From Felis catus (Eukaryota): a DNA stretch of 64,000 nucleotides. The stretch is taken from assembly GCF_018350175.1 (NCBI RefSeq), contig NC_058368.1, positions 209,872,001 to 209,936,000 of the forward strand, written 5' to 3'. The notes beneath the pieces are model-generated. The model was not told where the DNA came from. It worked only from the letters and a program-made list of their open reading frames with translations, and searched no databases. The number at the start of each line of letters is the position of its first letter. Within the stretch, counting starts at the first letter, position 1. This document shows, in pieces, positions 1 to 12,050 of the stretch. The translations under genes were made by a program, and so were the position numbers.

Positions 1-1787
1 CCTCATGCAGACCCAAGCCTTCTGGAAAGTTGCATCTGACACAGAGCCTTGAGCCTGTGGCCTCTGATCTTTCAGCTCAAGAACTGTTCCATTTTTACCA
101 CAAACATATTTTCACAGGCATTCATTTCTGAGGGGTTAGGTGATCACAGGCTGAACTCTTCTGGGCCAATGGTTTGATACAACAGCTGAACAAAACCCAG
201 CCAGTATGATCAGAGGGTTAGGTCCATGTCCCTGTCCCTACCCAGTCATATGACATGTGGAGCACTGAGTTCAATTCTGGGAGTGGGTGGGGTCCAAGGG
301 AGGGCAACCAGAGTGGTGAAGGATTGGGACACTTGGCCTGTGTTTAGGGGTCTTTTGACTGGAAGAACTCTCATCCTTCATTGTTCCATGTGGCACAATT
401 AGGACTAGTGGGCAGACCTCACAGGAGACAGATTTTAGCTCAACAGTTTGGACCATCTGAGAGTGGAATGTTCAGGTGGCAGCTGACAGCCACCTTCTGG
501 AGGTGTGGAGGGGGGATTCCTGCCCTGGGTGCCACGCTGTATGGTGTCCCCTCTGCCTGCCTTCCAGCTAGGACAGCTTCAGGTCTCCTGGCTCGCCTCC
601 CTGTAAGCTGAATGGCTCCCCTCTGAAAGGGAAAGTTTTTGTGGTCAAAACCCTGTCAGGAGACTCTTCTCTCAGACTTCCCATCTGTGAGGCCACATTC
701 CCAGGGCGTGATTTTTACTGGGAAACCCACAGGGCCCCACCCCTGGCTCTTACTGCATTTAATGGTGCAAGAGTCAGGTGTGAGGAAAACAATGAGGAGC
801 AACAATTAACAAATGCTCCTTCTCTCCGGCTGACAGAGTTGTTTCCTGCCAGGGAGCACTGGTTTCCTGCTAGGGAGCACTCGTTTCTGGAACACCGGAG
901 AGTCTGGAACAGGGATGCTCCCATTGCTCCCTGCATACTTTGGGCTCATCCTGCCTGGGTCACCACTGCCTCCTCATATTGCAGTCACAAGTCTATCTCC
1001 CAACCAGACTTTGAACTTCTTGAAGTCAGGGGCCTTGTCGTCTTCATTTTGGTATCTTTAGGTCCTAGAAAAGTGGCTGGCACATAAAAAGCCTCTACAA
1101 ATGCTTACTGGATGAAGCTGTCTGTAATAGAAAGGTAGACTTTTTCTGAGGTAGCCAGACTTAAATGATTTGGTCTACATCTCAACAAAACCCCAAATCC
1201 ACTAACATTTTTTAAAATAAGTTTTTAAAAATAATTACTCGGATTTCCTTTCAATATGGTGCCAAAAAAAAAAAAAAAGGCCAGGTGATCTCTACCCCAT
1301 GGATGGGTCTTCCCATTATATTCTACCACTTTCTTTTCTAGATGGACATTACTTGCCTACTTTCCAATGTTTCTAAGCAGCTCTAGACAGAAAACAAAGC
1401 AGGACCAGCCTATTGGCTTCAGATGAGCTGGGCTGAAGCTTCTTTCTGGCTGGCTTGTTTCAAGGCCACCACAAAGACTTTTCACGTGTTGAGACAGAGA
1501 CTCAGTTTGTCTAAAGGTCTAGTTTGCCGGAAAAGCTCTGCTTCCTGCGTGTGGAATTCGCTGCCCTGTGGATTCCAGGGTGCCACACACTGGGCCCCAG
1601 TGTCTCAGGAAAGACTGGGATGGAGAGTTGTATAACCAATGAAAATATTTAGAATTATGCAGCTGTGATAAGGTAATCACATCCCACGCTGCAGGGCAGA
1701 AAGTAATCCCCTCCAGCGGTGAGGAAGGAATTCTCTCTGGCTCCCATGTTGTTACTCGATTACCTTCATGGTTTCTTCCATTTACCT

Positions 1788-1790
<3 letters not shown>

Positions 1791-1826
<36 letters not shown>

Positions 1827-2042
1827 TTTTTTAAATATTTTTTTAATGTTTATTTTTGGGAGAGAGAGACAGAGTGTGAGTGGGGGAGGATCAGAGAGAG
1901 AGGGAGACACAGAATCCGAAGCAGGCTCTAGGCTCTGAGCTGTCAGCACAGAGCCCGATGCAGGGTTTGAACTCAAAAGAGGTGAGATCATGACCTGAGC
2001 CCGAAGTCAGACGCCTCACTGACTGAGCCACCCACGTGCCCC
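1791..2042 (-). mobile_element. CanSINE with (TAAA)n tail
   Basis: tRNA-derived head, (CT)n region and A tail; TSD tcttc(c/a)atttaccttta at 1774-1790 / 2043-2059. Confidence 0.92.
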
Positions 2043-2512
2043 TCTTCAATTTACCTTTAATAGGAAAGTGATGGCTGCAAGGATCACAGATGAGGCATGT
2101 GCAATCTGGAGGCTTAGTTACCTGCCTCGGAACTGAAACTGTCTCTTCTTGCCCTAGAATTTTGATTTATACAAAGCAGACCACCAGGACAGCTCTCACT
2201 GATGCTATTACTGCCAAAAGCTTCCACTAATTGAGCACATGCTATGTGCCAGGCATAAATGCTCACAACATAGGTATCCATGACATAGGTACTGTTATCA
2301 CCTTCATTTTACAGAGAATGAAAGGGAGGCCCCAAGAACCTCCTCCCCACCCAAGACAGACACTTTTGTTTCTTCTACAAAATGTACGTGTGGGGAAAAA
2401 GGGAGACATTTACAGTCCCTTTTCTCATACATTAATGCCTGGGGTATTTCAAACAGGCGTCATCTATACCCAGAGCCATGACAATCAATAGTTTAAAATG
2501 TTGAAATTTTCT

Positions 2513-2732
2513 TTAAAAAAAATTTTTTTTTAACGTTTATTTATTTTTGAGACAGAGAGAGACAAAGCATGAACGGGGGAGGGTCAGAGGGAGGGAGACA
2601 CAGAATCTGAAACAGGCTCCAGGCTCTGAGCTGTCAGCACAGAGCCTGACGCGGGGCTCGAACTCACGGACCGCGAGATCATGACCTGGGCCAAAGTTGG
2701 CCGCTTAACCGACTGAGCCACCCAGACGCTCC
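2513..2732 (-). mobile_element. CanSINE
   Basis: Consensus body; TSD aaaatgttgaa(a/t)ttttct. Confidence 0.92.
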
Positions 2733-2945
2733 AAAATGTTGAATTTTTCTTAAGTGATTTTGGCTTTCATTTTTGCAAGACCTTGATAAATCCTTCATAT
2801 GCCCAAGTAACTGATTAGGCATTGTCTAGCTCAGTTTTTGCCCTCTCATGTTCAAAGAAATGATAAAACTTTAGGTTATTTTTATTGTACCTGCCATTTG
2901 TCTGAAACCGAAAGGATATACTTTGAGGTACATTTATCGTTCTTT

Positions 2946-3165
2946 TTTTTAAATTTTTTTTTAACGTTTATTTAATTTTGAGAGAGAGAGAGAGGGAGCA
3001 TGAACAGGGGAGGGTCAGAGAAAGAGGGAGACACAGAATCTGAAACAGACTCCAGGCTCTGAGCTGTCAGCACAGAGCCCGACGCCGGGCTCGAACCCAC
3101 AGACCGCGAGATCATGACCTGAGCCGAAGTCGGATGCTTAACCGACTGAGCCACCCAGGCGCCCC
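2946..3165 (-). mobile_element. CanSINE (young, CpG-rich)
   Basis: Perfect TSD acatttatcgttcttt at 2930-2945 / 3166-3181. Confidence 0.93.
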
Positions 3166-3413
3166 ACATTTATCGTTCTTTTATTCTCTCAGGCAAAAGA
3201 GTCCTTTGCGGGTGATGGCAGCTTCTTGGCCTTAACTATAGTTAAGTCCCATGTTCCACCAAGTACATTGGTCAACAGATTTGGAAGGATGCTGCCTAAG
3301 GAATATGTGACAGAGTTATGTCACAGAGCTTATCACACAGATGAGGAATTACAGGCAGGCAGGTGATGTTTTGTTTTTTCTGGATTTAAAACTATTTGTT
3401 TGGGGCGGGGGTG

Positions 3414-3623
3414 GGGGGTGACTGGGTAGCTCAGTCGGTTGAATGTCCAATTCTTAACTCTTGATTTGGGGTCAGGTCATGATTCCAGGGTCGTGCGATT
3501 GAGTCTGCGTCAGGCTCCATGTTGAGCATGGAGTCTGCTTCGTATTCTCATTCTCCCTCTCTCTGTCTCCCTCTGCCCCTCTCCCTGCTCGCACTCTCTC
3601 TCTTTCTCAAAAAAAAAGAAAAA
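3414..3623 (+). mobile_element. CanSINE (older)
   Basis: 'ctgggtagctcagtcggtt', (CT)n region and A tail. Confidence 0.85.
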
Positions 3624-3699
3624 GTTTGATTTTGCATACAAAAAGAATTGTGAGTTTTCCAAGCACAAATGGGTTCCAAAGATCTTTTGTCCTTGGGAA

Positions 3700-3913
3700 A
3701 GTTAAAAAAAATTTTTTTAACATGTATTTATTTTTGAGAGACACAGCACAAGTCAGGAGGGGGCAGAGAAAGAAGGAGACACAGAATCCAAAGCAGGCTT
3801 CCGGCTCTGAGCTGTCAGCACAGAGTCCAACACGGGGCTCAAACTCACAAACTGTGAGATCATGACCTGAGCCGAAGTTGGATGCTTACCCAACTGAGCT
3901 ACCCAGGCACCCC
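3700..3913 (-). mobile_element. CanSINE
   Basis: TSD tgtccttgggaa at 3688-3699 / 3914-3925. Confidence 0.92.
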
Positions 3914-5566
3914 TGTCCTTGGGAATGTCTAGGCAGAAGGTAGACAATAAATTGGAGGAGATACTGTGAGGCTAGAGGGACCAGAGCAGTGTTTTCCAAA
4001 GTGGGGGTAAATACAGTGGTGTTTATTTGTTCTTGTGGGATAGAAACCCCTCCTTAATTAATATTAAATCACATAGTGAGAAAGTCATTCTTTCAATTCT
4101 CTTAGTCTTTGTGTTACAGGAAAGACAAGTCTTATTGTGGTGCTAAAATGCGTTTTAACACCTCATTAACACCCGCCCCCCCCCCTCCAAAACACACACC
4201 TTTTTAAACAATGAGAGCACAGATCTCAGGTTCCCAAGACCTTTGGCAGGCACAGAAGCAATCCAGAACTTTATTACATTGTAATTTATTATCTCTTTCA
4301 CTAGACTAGTAACAGGTTTCCACTTTCTGTAATGATTAGAAACATTGGAAGAAAAGTACGCATGTGGATTTCAAGAACATTCTAAGTAAATGAGAATAGG
4401 AGTGGTACCCATGTAACTTTGGGATGGAGATGCCATGACTTGAAATATCAGATTTGGAATCAGGTTCCTAAAATCAGTCAAATGTCTTTCTCATTGCCCC
4501 GGCTGCCCTCCCTTGTTATTCCACTCCCAGAATTGCACCCAGTGCTCCAAAGGTCACATGACTAATTAGGGACAGTGACCTGGAGCCAACCCTCTGCTAA
4601 TACTGGCTGGGTTTGGGTCAAGCGTTGTATCAGCTGCAGCAAACTGGTGGCTCAGAGTGCAGCCTGTGGCCACCTAACAAGAGGTCACCTAACAGAGGAC
4701 CAGCCTTACCCCCTCACAGTTGGAATTAGGATTTGCTTACGTATATTGTGTGATTTAAGAGATGCAGGGAAGCTCTCCCTCTCCACCCAACATACATCCT
4801 CTTGGGGACGATATCTTTGTATTCATGTATCTCTTGTGCCTAGCTCAGTGTCTGACATGGCAAGAACTCAAAAAATAGCTGTTAATGGACGAATGAGTGT
4901 GAAAAGATAAATTTCACCTGTTTTATAATCTCAAATCCAGGGTGTCCTACCACAGGCCCCAGACCCTGCTGCCACTGTTGTTGACATTCCCCTACCACTC
5001 CCCTTTACTTACACTCTTACCCAACTCACAGAGATCGTTTGTCAAGTGGTGCTCCCGGCTTCCAGAAAACTGGAGACACAAAAGATCCCCTCCGAGGTAA
5101 GTGATTGAGGAGGAAAAGAAGAGATGAGAAAAGAAGAAAGCACTAGGTTTCTGATAGTTATGTCTACAAAGTACAACCTGAAATGGAGTTTAATTATTAT
5201 CTAGTGAATTTAATCAGGCTAAGGCAGCCAAACCAACTCATATTTCTGGCATGAAATATCTAGTTGGCTGCCTCTGCTGACCAAATCAATAGAAATTGGT
5301 GCCAACCCCCCACTTTATTGTGTGGTGTGTTGGCACAGACTTACTCTTCCTCTTCAAAAACACAGGTACTTGAGTACAAATCTAGCCATTAGGCTCGCTC
5401 CCAGCTTCTCTCTGGCAGCTTCTGGAATTGCTAATACACACCAAGGATATTTGGAACGATTGGAATTTTGAATTTGGGAAAGGAGAACATGGCTTATGGG
5501 AGCTTTAGAGCCACAATTCACAAACACAAATGTTTCAAATACGAAAACCTAACTTAGATTTTGGAA

Positions 5567-5767
5567 TTTAATTTTTTTTTTTGATGTTTATTTATTTCTG
5601 AGGGGGAGAGAGAGAGAGAGAGGGAGGGGCAGAGAGAGAGAGGGAGACACAGAATCTGAAGCAGGCTGTCAGCACAGAGCCCAATGTGGGGTTCAAACTC
5701 ACAAGCTGTGAGATCATGACCTGAGCCGAAGTCAGACCCTTAACTGACTGAGCCACCCAGCCACCCC
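5567..5767 (-). mobile_element. CanSINE
   Basis: Consensus body; flanking tagattt repeats. Confidence 0.9.
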
Positions 5768-6234
5768 TAGATTTCTGAGTTTAAATGTGACTTTAGCACA
5801 ATAAAATGCACAGAGTCTTCTAAAACAGAATACCCAATCCAACACATGTAGTAAGGGCTTCATGCATTTCTATCTCTGTCTGTCAAGACCCTGGGACTTG
5901 TTGACTTAAAAACATTAAGTCTGTCAAACATTTTCCCGTTGGGAAATACTTTCTGTGGGAGCATCACCCCCGAGTTCTTATTCTGGTGTTCCTATCAGGT
6001 GCAGGAAAGATCAGCACAACTGTGACACAGAAGATGGAGAGGACAGGTTTTCCAATAGCTATTTGTTTAAGTGTCAATAAATGTGGTGTTTTGTGACAGC
6101 ACACTGACTCGAGCTCTGGTGTGAACTGTCAACACTTGAATAAGGCCGTAAGGGAAAGCCAGTGAGAGCTCCACGGGTGCCCCAGCTCAGCAGTGCATTT
6201 CTTACAATGAATGACACCGACATTCACACCCGAG

Positions 6235-6400
6235 TTCTTATATTGGTAGCCCAAGAGTTGGACTTGGCCTGCAGAGGAGCTTTGTTTGGCTTGCAGTGTT
6301 TTGTTCTGTGAATTGTATCAACATTGAAAAATCAGGAGGTTCTTAAGTTTGTTTAGATTTCTGGACCCTCTTAAAAAAATCAGAAGATTTGGCCCTTGTT
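6235..6400. mobile_element. Degraded hAT-Charlie fragment (MER102-like)
   Basis: 'tttgtttggcttgcagtgtttt', 'aaaatcaggag' and 'ctcttaaaaaaatcagaagatttggc'. Confidence 0.4.
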
Positions 6401-6969
6401 GACACAGAGCAACAATCGGCTGAAGCGGATACTTTTCAGGTCACCACAGTCTCCTTGCCTCCCATTGTCTATCCGATTGTGCGGCTGGATCACTTTCCAC
6501 TCGTCATCACACTTGTCCCTGTTACTTCCCCTGTCACACACACAAGATATTTCTATCATAGAAAGAAAATAAAAAGTACCCTGAAAGGGCAGCTTCGTAT
6601 ATAATCATCACCTGCTTGGCCACAGGAGGCATTTGAGTATGGCTTTCCATTCTAAAATAATGGGCCTGACTCTGTTTCCTCTCTAGACAACACATTCTCC
6701 AGGAGCTTCTCCCAACACACACAGGGGTCCTCCAGGGATGTATGTAATTTTTAGAGGCTCCTCCTCCTCCTCATTCCCAATGGGTCATACCCCCTGCTCC
6801 CTTTTTGGTTTGGAATCACCGTATTTAAAACCCTAAAGGGAAGTCTTATTGAATCAATCGTTCATTGTAATTGATCATAAGTATCCAAAATATTATGTAG
6901 CTTGGAAATTAATCTTTGAGATTAATACCTTACAAAGATCTTTGGCAAACTAAATTATATCCCCCCCCC

Positions 6970-7162
6970 TTTTTTTCTCTTTTTTGAGAGAGAGAGAGAG
7001 AGAGAGAGTAAACACATTGGGGAGAAGGATGAGGTGGGGGGGGCGGGGAGAGAATCTCAAGCAGTCTCCACACTCACCATGGCTTGATCCCAAGACCCTG
7101 GGATGACGACCTGAACCGATATCGAAACTCAGATGTGCAAACAACTGAGCCACCCAGTGCCC
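6970..7162 (-). mobile_element. CanSINE (older)
   Basis: 'aactgagccacccag' and (AG)n; flanking tatatccc repeats. Confidence 0.8.
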
Positions 7163-9282
7163 ATATATCCCTTGCCTTAACATAGTCCTGGAAAAGGGCT
7201 GAGACTCTCTTATTGGTGCCAAGCGGCAGCATCCCCAACGTACAAGTAGGTTACATTTTAAAAGTTTATTTTATATTGGTTGCTTGCAGCTTATAATTCC
7301 TTTCAATATTATAAATGTTGCTAGTTTTTCCAAGGTTTTCCTACAAATTTCTTTTTAACCATGTAAAGAGACGCATCATGGTTTTTTTTTTCCTGCACAA
7401 TTATTCAGTGAAAGCTTGTATTCCTTCAATGAAGCTGATGTACTAAGTATTAGAAATATCAGGAAATTCCACTTGGAGGTAATTGTCGAGCAACATCGCT
7501 ATTAAGGGGAAATAATATTTTCTCTAATTGTGCCAAATGAGGGCTTTCCTCTTGGAAGGGTAACATGTGGGTTTTCAGCACAAATATCAGAAAGCAGAAA
7601 CCTCTAAATACTGGTCCCAATATTTAGATACTGGGACTTAGATACTATACTGAAAGACAGTATAAAGGAATCCAGAACCCCTCAAGTTTGCATCCAGGAA
7701 GACTGTAGGGACTCAAGTCAGACACTGGCCAGTAGGGATGGTGAAGAGGGACACTTGCCCACTGAATAAAATGGCACCTGTGAGTTCTGTCCTTTAAGAG
7801 CTACTGCAAGAACTTGCTTCGCAGAAAAATGTCAACACGTGGATAATAAAATGAGAATGTAAGGTCCTGTCAGCATGAATCTAGCTTTGGTGATAAGAAT
7901 TGGGACTGCTAGGATTACCCCCTGGTCAGCAATGGACCAGGTTGTTTCAGAAACAAGCATCCCAATCATCCTGCCTACATGATTGCTTTATGGGCAGTTC
8001 ACCCTCCAATGGGAGCCTCCTGTACATGCAATCACTTGTTTAAAGACCTGAACAAGTGGAAGCCAGTAGAGATCCGCAAGGCATTGGGGGAAGAGCTGAT
8101 ATAGTTCCTGTCCAAGTTAGGCCAGCCCTCGCAGGCATGCAGCAGTCAGAATCTTGCCCTATGACTTTTGAGCTGTGCTATGAAATTCTTACTACACAGA
8201 GATCTTGAGAAGAGATTATAAATATCCTTGAGGACTCTCTGGGAGGGGAAAGATGCTTGGAGCCAGCTCACATAGAGGTGGAGAGATGTACCCATGGAGG
8301 GACAGTGAGCCACGGGTGGAGAAGAGAACAGGGTCAGTAATACCTGAGTTCTGGGCTTTAGCTACAAACCTAGAAACCATCCTGCCGGGACGGTGTCTAT
8401 GGACATTCTTTCTTCATGTCAGAAGTGTGCTGTGGGGAAAGAGAAGAGTGGGCAGGAAGGAATGTATAGTAACCTTTTTTTTTTTTTTCTTTTTGGCTCC
8501 ATTTGTATTCGCCAGTCACGTGTACAAATGACTCTTGAAGCATTTCCCATGGAGGAGTCGATTGTTATCTTACTGTCACAGAAAATAGATCCTACCCTGC
8601 AAAGCTTCCACTCCTTGAGAATCCAAGTGTCAGCTGACAAAAATATCCAGATGGGGAAATCCCCTGCCCCCTCCCCATTCTCCCACCAGCCTCATAGGTA
8701 ACGGGGGTGGGGGACAACTGGAGAAGGAAATGAAATCATGCGGGTTCACCAGGAAAAGATAAAGTGTTGGTGGCAGCAGAATTGGTGAGTGCGTTGTGGG
8801 TATTACCTCTTGATGAGGCTTCCAAGAAGGCTCCCGCTCAAGTCCTGGTGGCTCTGAGAACAAGCATTCTTGCATCAATAGCTAATAGGCTGTCCAACCA
8901 GATGTTATCTGGGTGGGATAAGAGGGTGAGAAAACAGACCTGTTGTACGCTGTTGTCAACTATATCGCTGTGGTCAGAGAAGGCTGGTTGTGTAGGGTTT
9001 AGCAGGGTGCCTCTTTTGTAGTGAGGCAGACTAGATTACGTGGTTGTTTAAATCCGTTTCCTCTTGTGATTGGTAAAATACGAGAGTTATAATCATTCAT
9101 GCATTACTAAAGCCTCCTTTCCATCATTTTTGAAGGGACTTTTTTTTTTTTCTAGAACAGAGCATGCATCCAGCAGAAACCTAAAGCATTTGCTTTTCTA
9201 AGTGATCTTTTGCAGTAAGCACACTTAAAAAAAAAAAAAAACAACAGACAAACAAACAAAAAAACAACACTGCATATGGTAC

Positions 9283-9420
9283 CTGTGACAAGACTGGAGA
9301 TTATAAGTGGTAACACCAGCATCTGTAACATCCTCATCAGAAGTTCCCCAGGGAAAGAGAAGTACTTGACTTCTCGGTAGCTCATTTTGTATGGTCGGAG
9401 GGTAAATCCCAGGATTGTAC
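9283..9420 (-). CDS. SLC1A3: SLC1A3 exon 3 (138 nt, 46 codons, phase 1-1)
   Basis: Joined to exon 2 it reads (G)[45 protein letters not shown](G). Acceptor is a pyrimidine tract then TTCAG| at 9421; donor CAG|GTACCA at 9283/9282. Confidence 0.98.
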
Positions 9421-10085
9421 CTGAAGGGGGAAAGAAGAGATGGAGAATATTTGAGCCCTTTTAAAAACTGAAGTAACAGTCCTAGGAGAAGGAAGAAGTA
9501 TTTGGCTGGTGGTCACTCCTGTCTGACGAGAGTACATTTATTTAAGCAGCAAATATTGGTGCTGCTTTAGGAGCAAGGGGTGGGCCTGTCTCTTCCGTCT
9601 GCCAGGGTCTGGCTGAATCCAGGGCTTCAAGTAAGACTTAGAGAAAAAACGTCTCTGGCTTTAGCAAATGAAAAATGTCTTTGTCTAACTTAAATGCAGT
9701 AGAACCAAGTTTGACGTGGCTCGGTACAGAGTTACAAAGATAGGGGCGTAACTGGGAGACAAATCGTGTATCCATGAACAAGGCAATGTAGAAAAAAAAA
9801 ACCCTTATTATAATGAATTTCCTTTGTAACAACGGATATTAGGACGGCTAGCACAAGCACTTATTAAAGGGCAGTATGATTTTATTTTTTTCCAATTAAA
9901 AAAATTCCTCTTGTTCACATTGTTAATCCATTTCCATCACCTCCCTGTCTGTACACCATGCTTTCTGTCTACATGGTCTCGATATTGCCTTGGCAACTGT
10001 ATTGTACAGACTTGTTACTTGCCGGCAAGAGAAGACTCCAAAATAAGCAGAGACCTTTTTCCAAAAATTTTCCCTGAACACTAAT

Positions 10086-10137
10086 GGGGCGGGGGGGGGG
10101 GGGGGGGGGGGCGGGGGGGGGGGGGCGCGGGGGGGGG
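10086..10137. repeat. Poly-G tract (~52 nt with a few C interruptions)
   Basis: Read directly from the sequence. Confidence 0.9.
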
Positions 10138-10845
10138 AATAAGAGAAAAAGAAAGCAATTTTCCCCTTCATTTTCCTTCTGCTCCTGGGACTTTAAAATA
10201 TATTTTAAAAATAACTTTATATGTAAATTGAATTACACACAGTAGCTTTCGAAGTGTTTGGAAATCAATAGACCGACTGAATCAATGTACTCCCCCCCCC
10301 CGCCTCTCCCGAATTTACTTTCCTTGTCCAGGAAAATTTATGTATTCCATTATTGTAAATATTTTCTAAATTTTTGCCTTGCTGTTACTAAAACATGTGC
10401 CTTATAGAGAAATACTGAGTTATCTAGAAGCTGGAGGTCGGTGTAGGGGGAGAGGACACTGGGTGAACCTACGTTTTTCCAAAGGAAGCAAGCAGTCCTT
10501 TAAGGAAACAGGCTCATCCTAACTTCTTATGAAATGGGCTCCTTCTCTTAGGAAATGAGACACAAAGTTCATTTCAAGTATTACGGCAACCCCAATTTCA
10601 TTTCTTGGGTCTCAGCAACTGTGAAGTATCCATTCTTTGATTATATACTGTGATACTGCAATTAAGAGTCTGAATCTACGTGACTAGAAAATCTGGCTGA
10701 TCCAGTTTTCAGGGCCTTTAGGAAAATAGTTATCGCTTTTCTCCCAATGTAACAGTAATAAGTTCAAGACAGAAAAAGGTGATTTGGAAGATACGCAAAA
10801 GAAAAGGCAGAAGCCTGCCTCTATTGATTCTCTCACTTAAATGGC

Positions 10846-11100
10846 AAATAGCTAATGCTTACTGAGCTCTTACCACATGCCAGCCATTGTCAGTGCTTTA
10901 CTCGCGTTATTATATTTAATCCTCACAAAAACCCCTGGAGGTAGGTACTATTTTACCCCCAGTGTACTGACGGGGAAATCTAATGGTGAACTTCAAACTT
11001 GCTGGACTCCAATAGCCACTCAGTATCAAAGTCAAAAAGTTACTCAAGTGACAGAGCTGGGATTTAAACCCAGGCATTCGGACTCAGAGCTCACATTTGT
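10846..11100 (-). mobile_element. MIR SINE
   Basis: 'gcttactgagctcttaccacatgcca', 'tttaatcctcacaa' and 'gagctgggatttaaacccaggca'. Confidence 0.65.
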
Positions 11101-11129
11101 GACCTTCACACGTACTTCCTACGTCTCCA

Positions 11130-12050
11130 ATAGAGCAAAGACAAGCGCTGTTGGTGCTTCTGTGAGTTTCTTTCCAGAATGTTCTCACACAGAGTTAAAT
11201 ATATGGAAATCACACAGAATATACTTTTCCATATGTAGTTATCATAAGCATCACTTTTAGGGTTCATGATACCAGATCTAATGATTGTACCATAATTTAC
11301 TTAATACTTCCTTTGTTGTTGAACAGTTAGGTTGGTTAGCATTTTTTTTGCTTTTATGAAGAGCACAATGATAAATATATGAAGGCTGTTTTATAACTAG
11401 AAATATTTTTTAGTGTAGTTTAGAGAAAGGAAACCAGTGCATTAAAGAATATCACTACCTTGATTCATGTTATCAAATTGTTTTTCTAGTGGGTTGGCCC
11501 AACAGTTTAATGTTCTGTTAGTGGATGAAAAGGCTTTGATATTATCTATATGGGGAGAATTATCATAACAACTATTAAAACAAATAACATTTGTGAATGT
11601 GATGAGTATATAGTATGTATTTTTTATTTCCTTTCAATTTACTTAATATCTAATGATGTTGACCATTTCTCCTAATTGTATTTTCTCCAAGCATTTAAAA
11701 ATTCTAGTAGTTTAAGAATTTATGTGTGCATGTGTGTGTGTTGTGTGTGTGTATGTATCTGATATAAATTCTTTACATAATAAAGATAATTATCCTTTGC
11801 CTATGTGTAACATATTTGCTATAACTATTTTTCTAATACTCTAAAATATACAGGTATTTTGCATTTTTATAAAATGTGGTCCACATACCTTTTTTATTAG
11901 GTAATTTTTTTGAGAGTTATAAACTTTAATTTCCGTCCTCCCAAATTTGATAAATATTTAATTCCTTTTTCCTTCTTTGACTGGTCGCTTGCTTTGTTTG
12001 AAAATATTGAACCTTTAATCTTCCTGGAACTTGGTTTGAGGTAAGGCATT
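11130..12050 (-). mobile_element. Old LINE-1 3' fragment (L1M-type)
   Basis: AT-rich antisense L1-like motifs such as 'cataatttacttaa...ttaggttggttagcattttt' and 'taatgatgttgaccatttc'. Confidence 0.45.

Noticed and set aside
841..887. 21-nt tandem duplication (similar small duplications near 4669-4698, 18994-19060 and 57118-57236)
   Set aside because: Ordinary slippage-type micro-duplications with no functional indication.
5093..5103. Plus-strand donor GAG|GTAAGT as a possible antisense exon
   Set aside because: Motif only; no independent support.
9152..9282. ORF continuing past the exon 3 donor ([10 protein letters not shown]...)
   Set aside because: Intronic low-complexity read-through after a valid splice donor.
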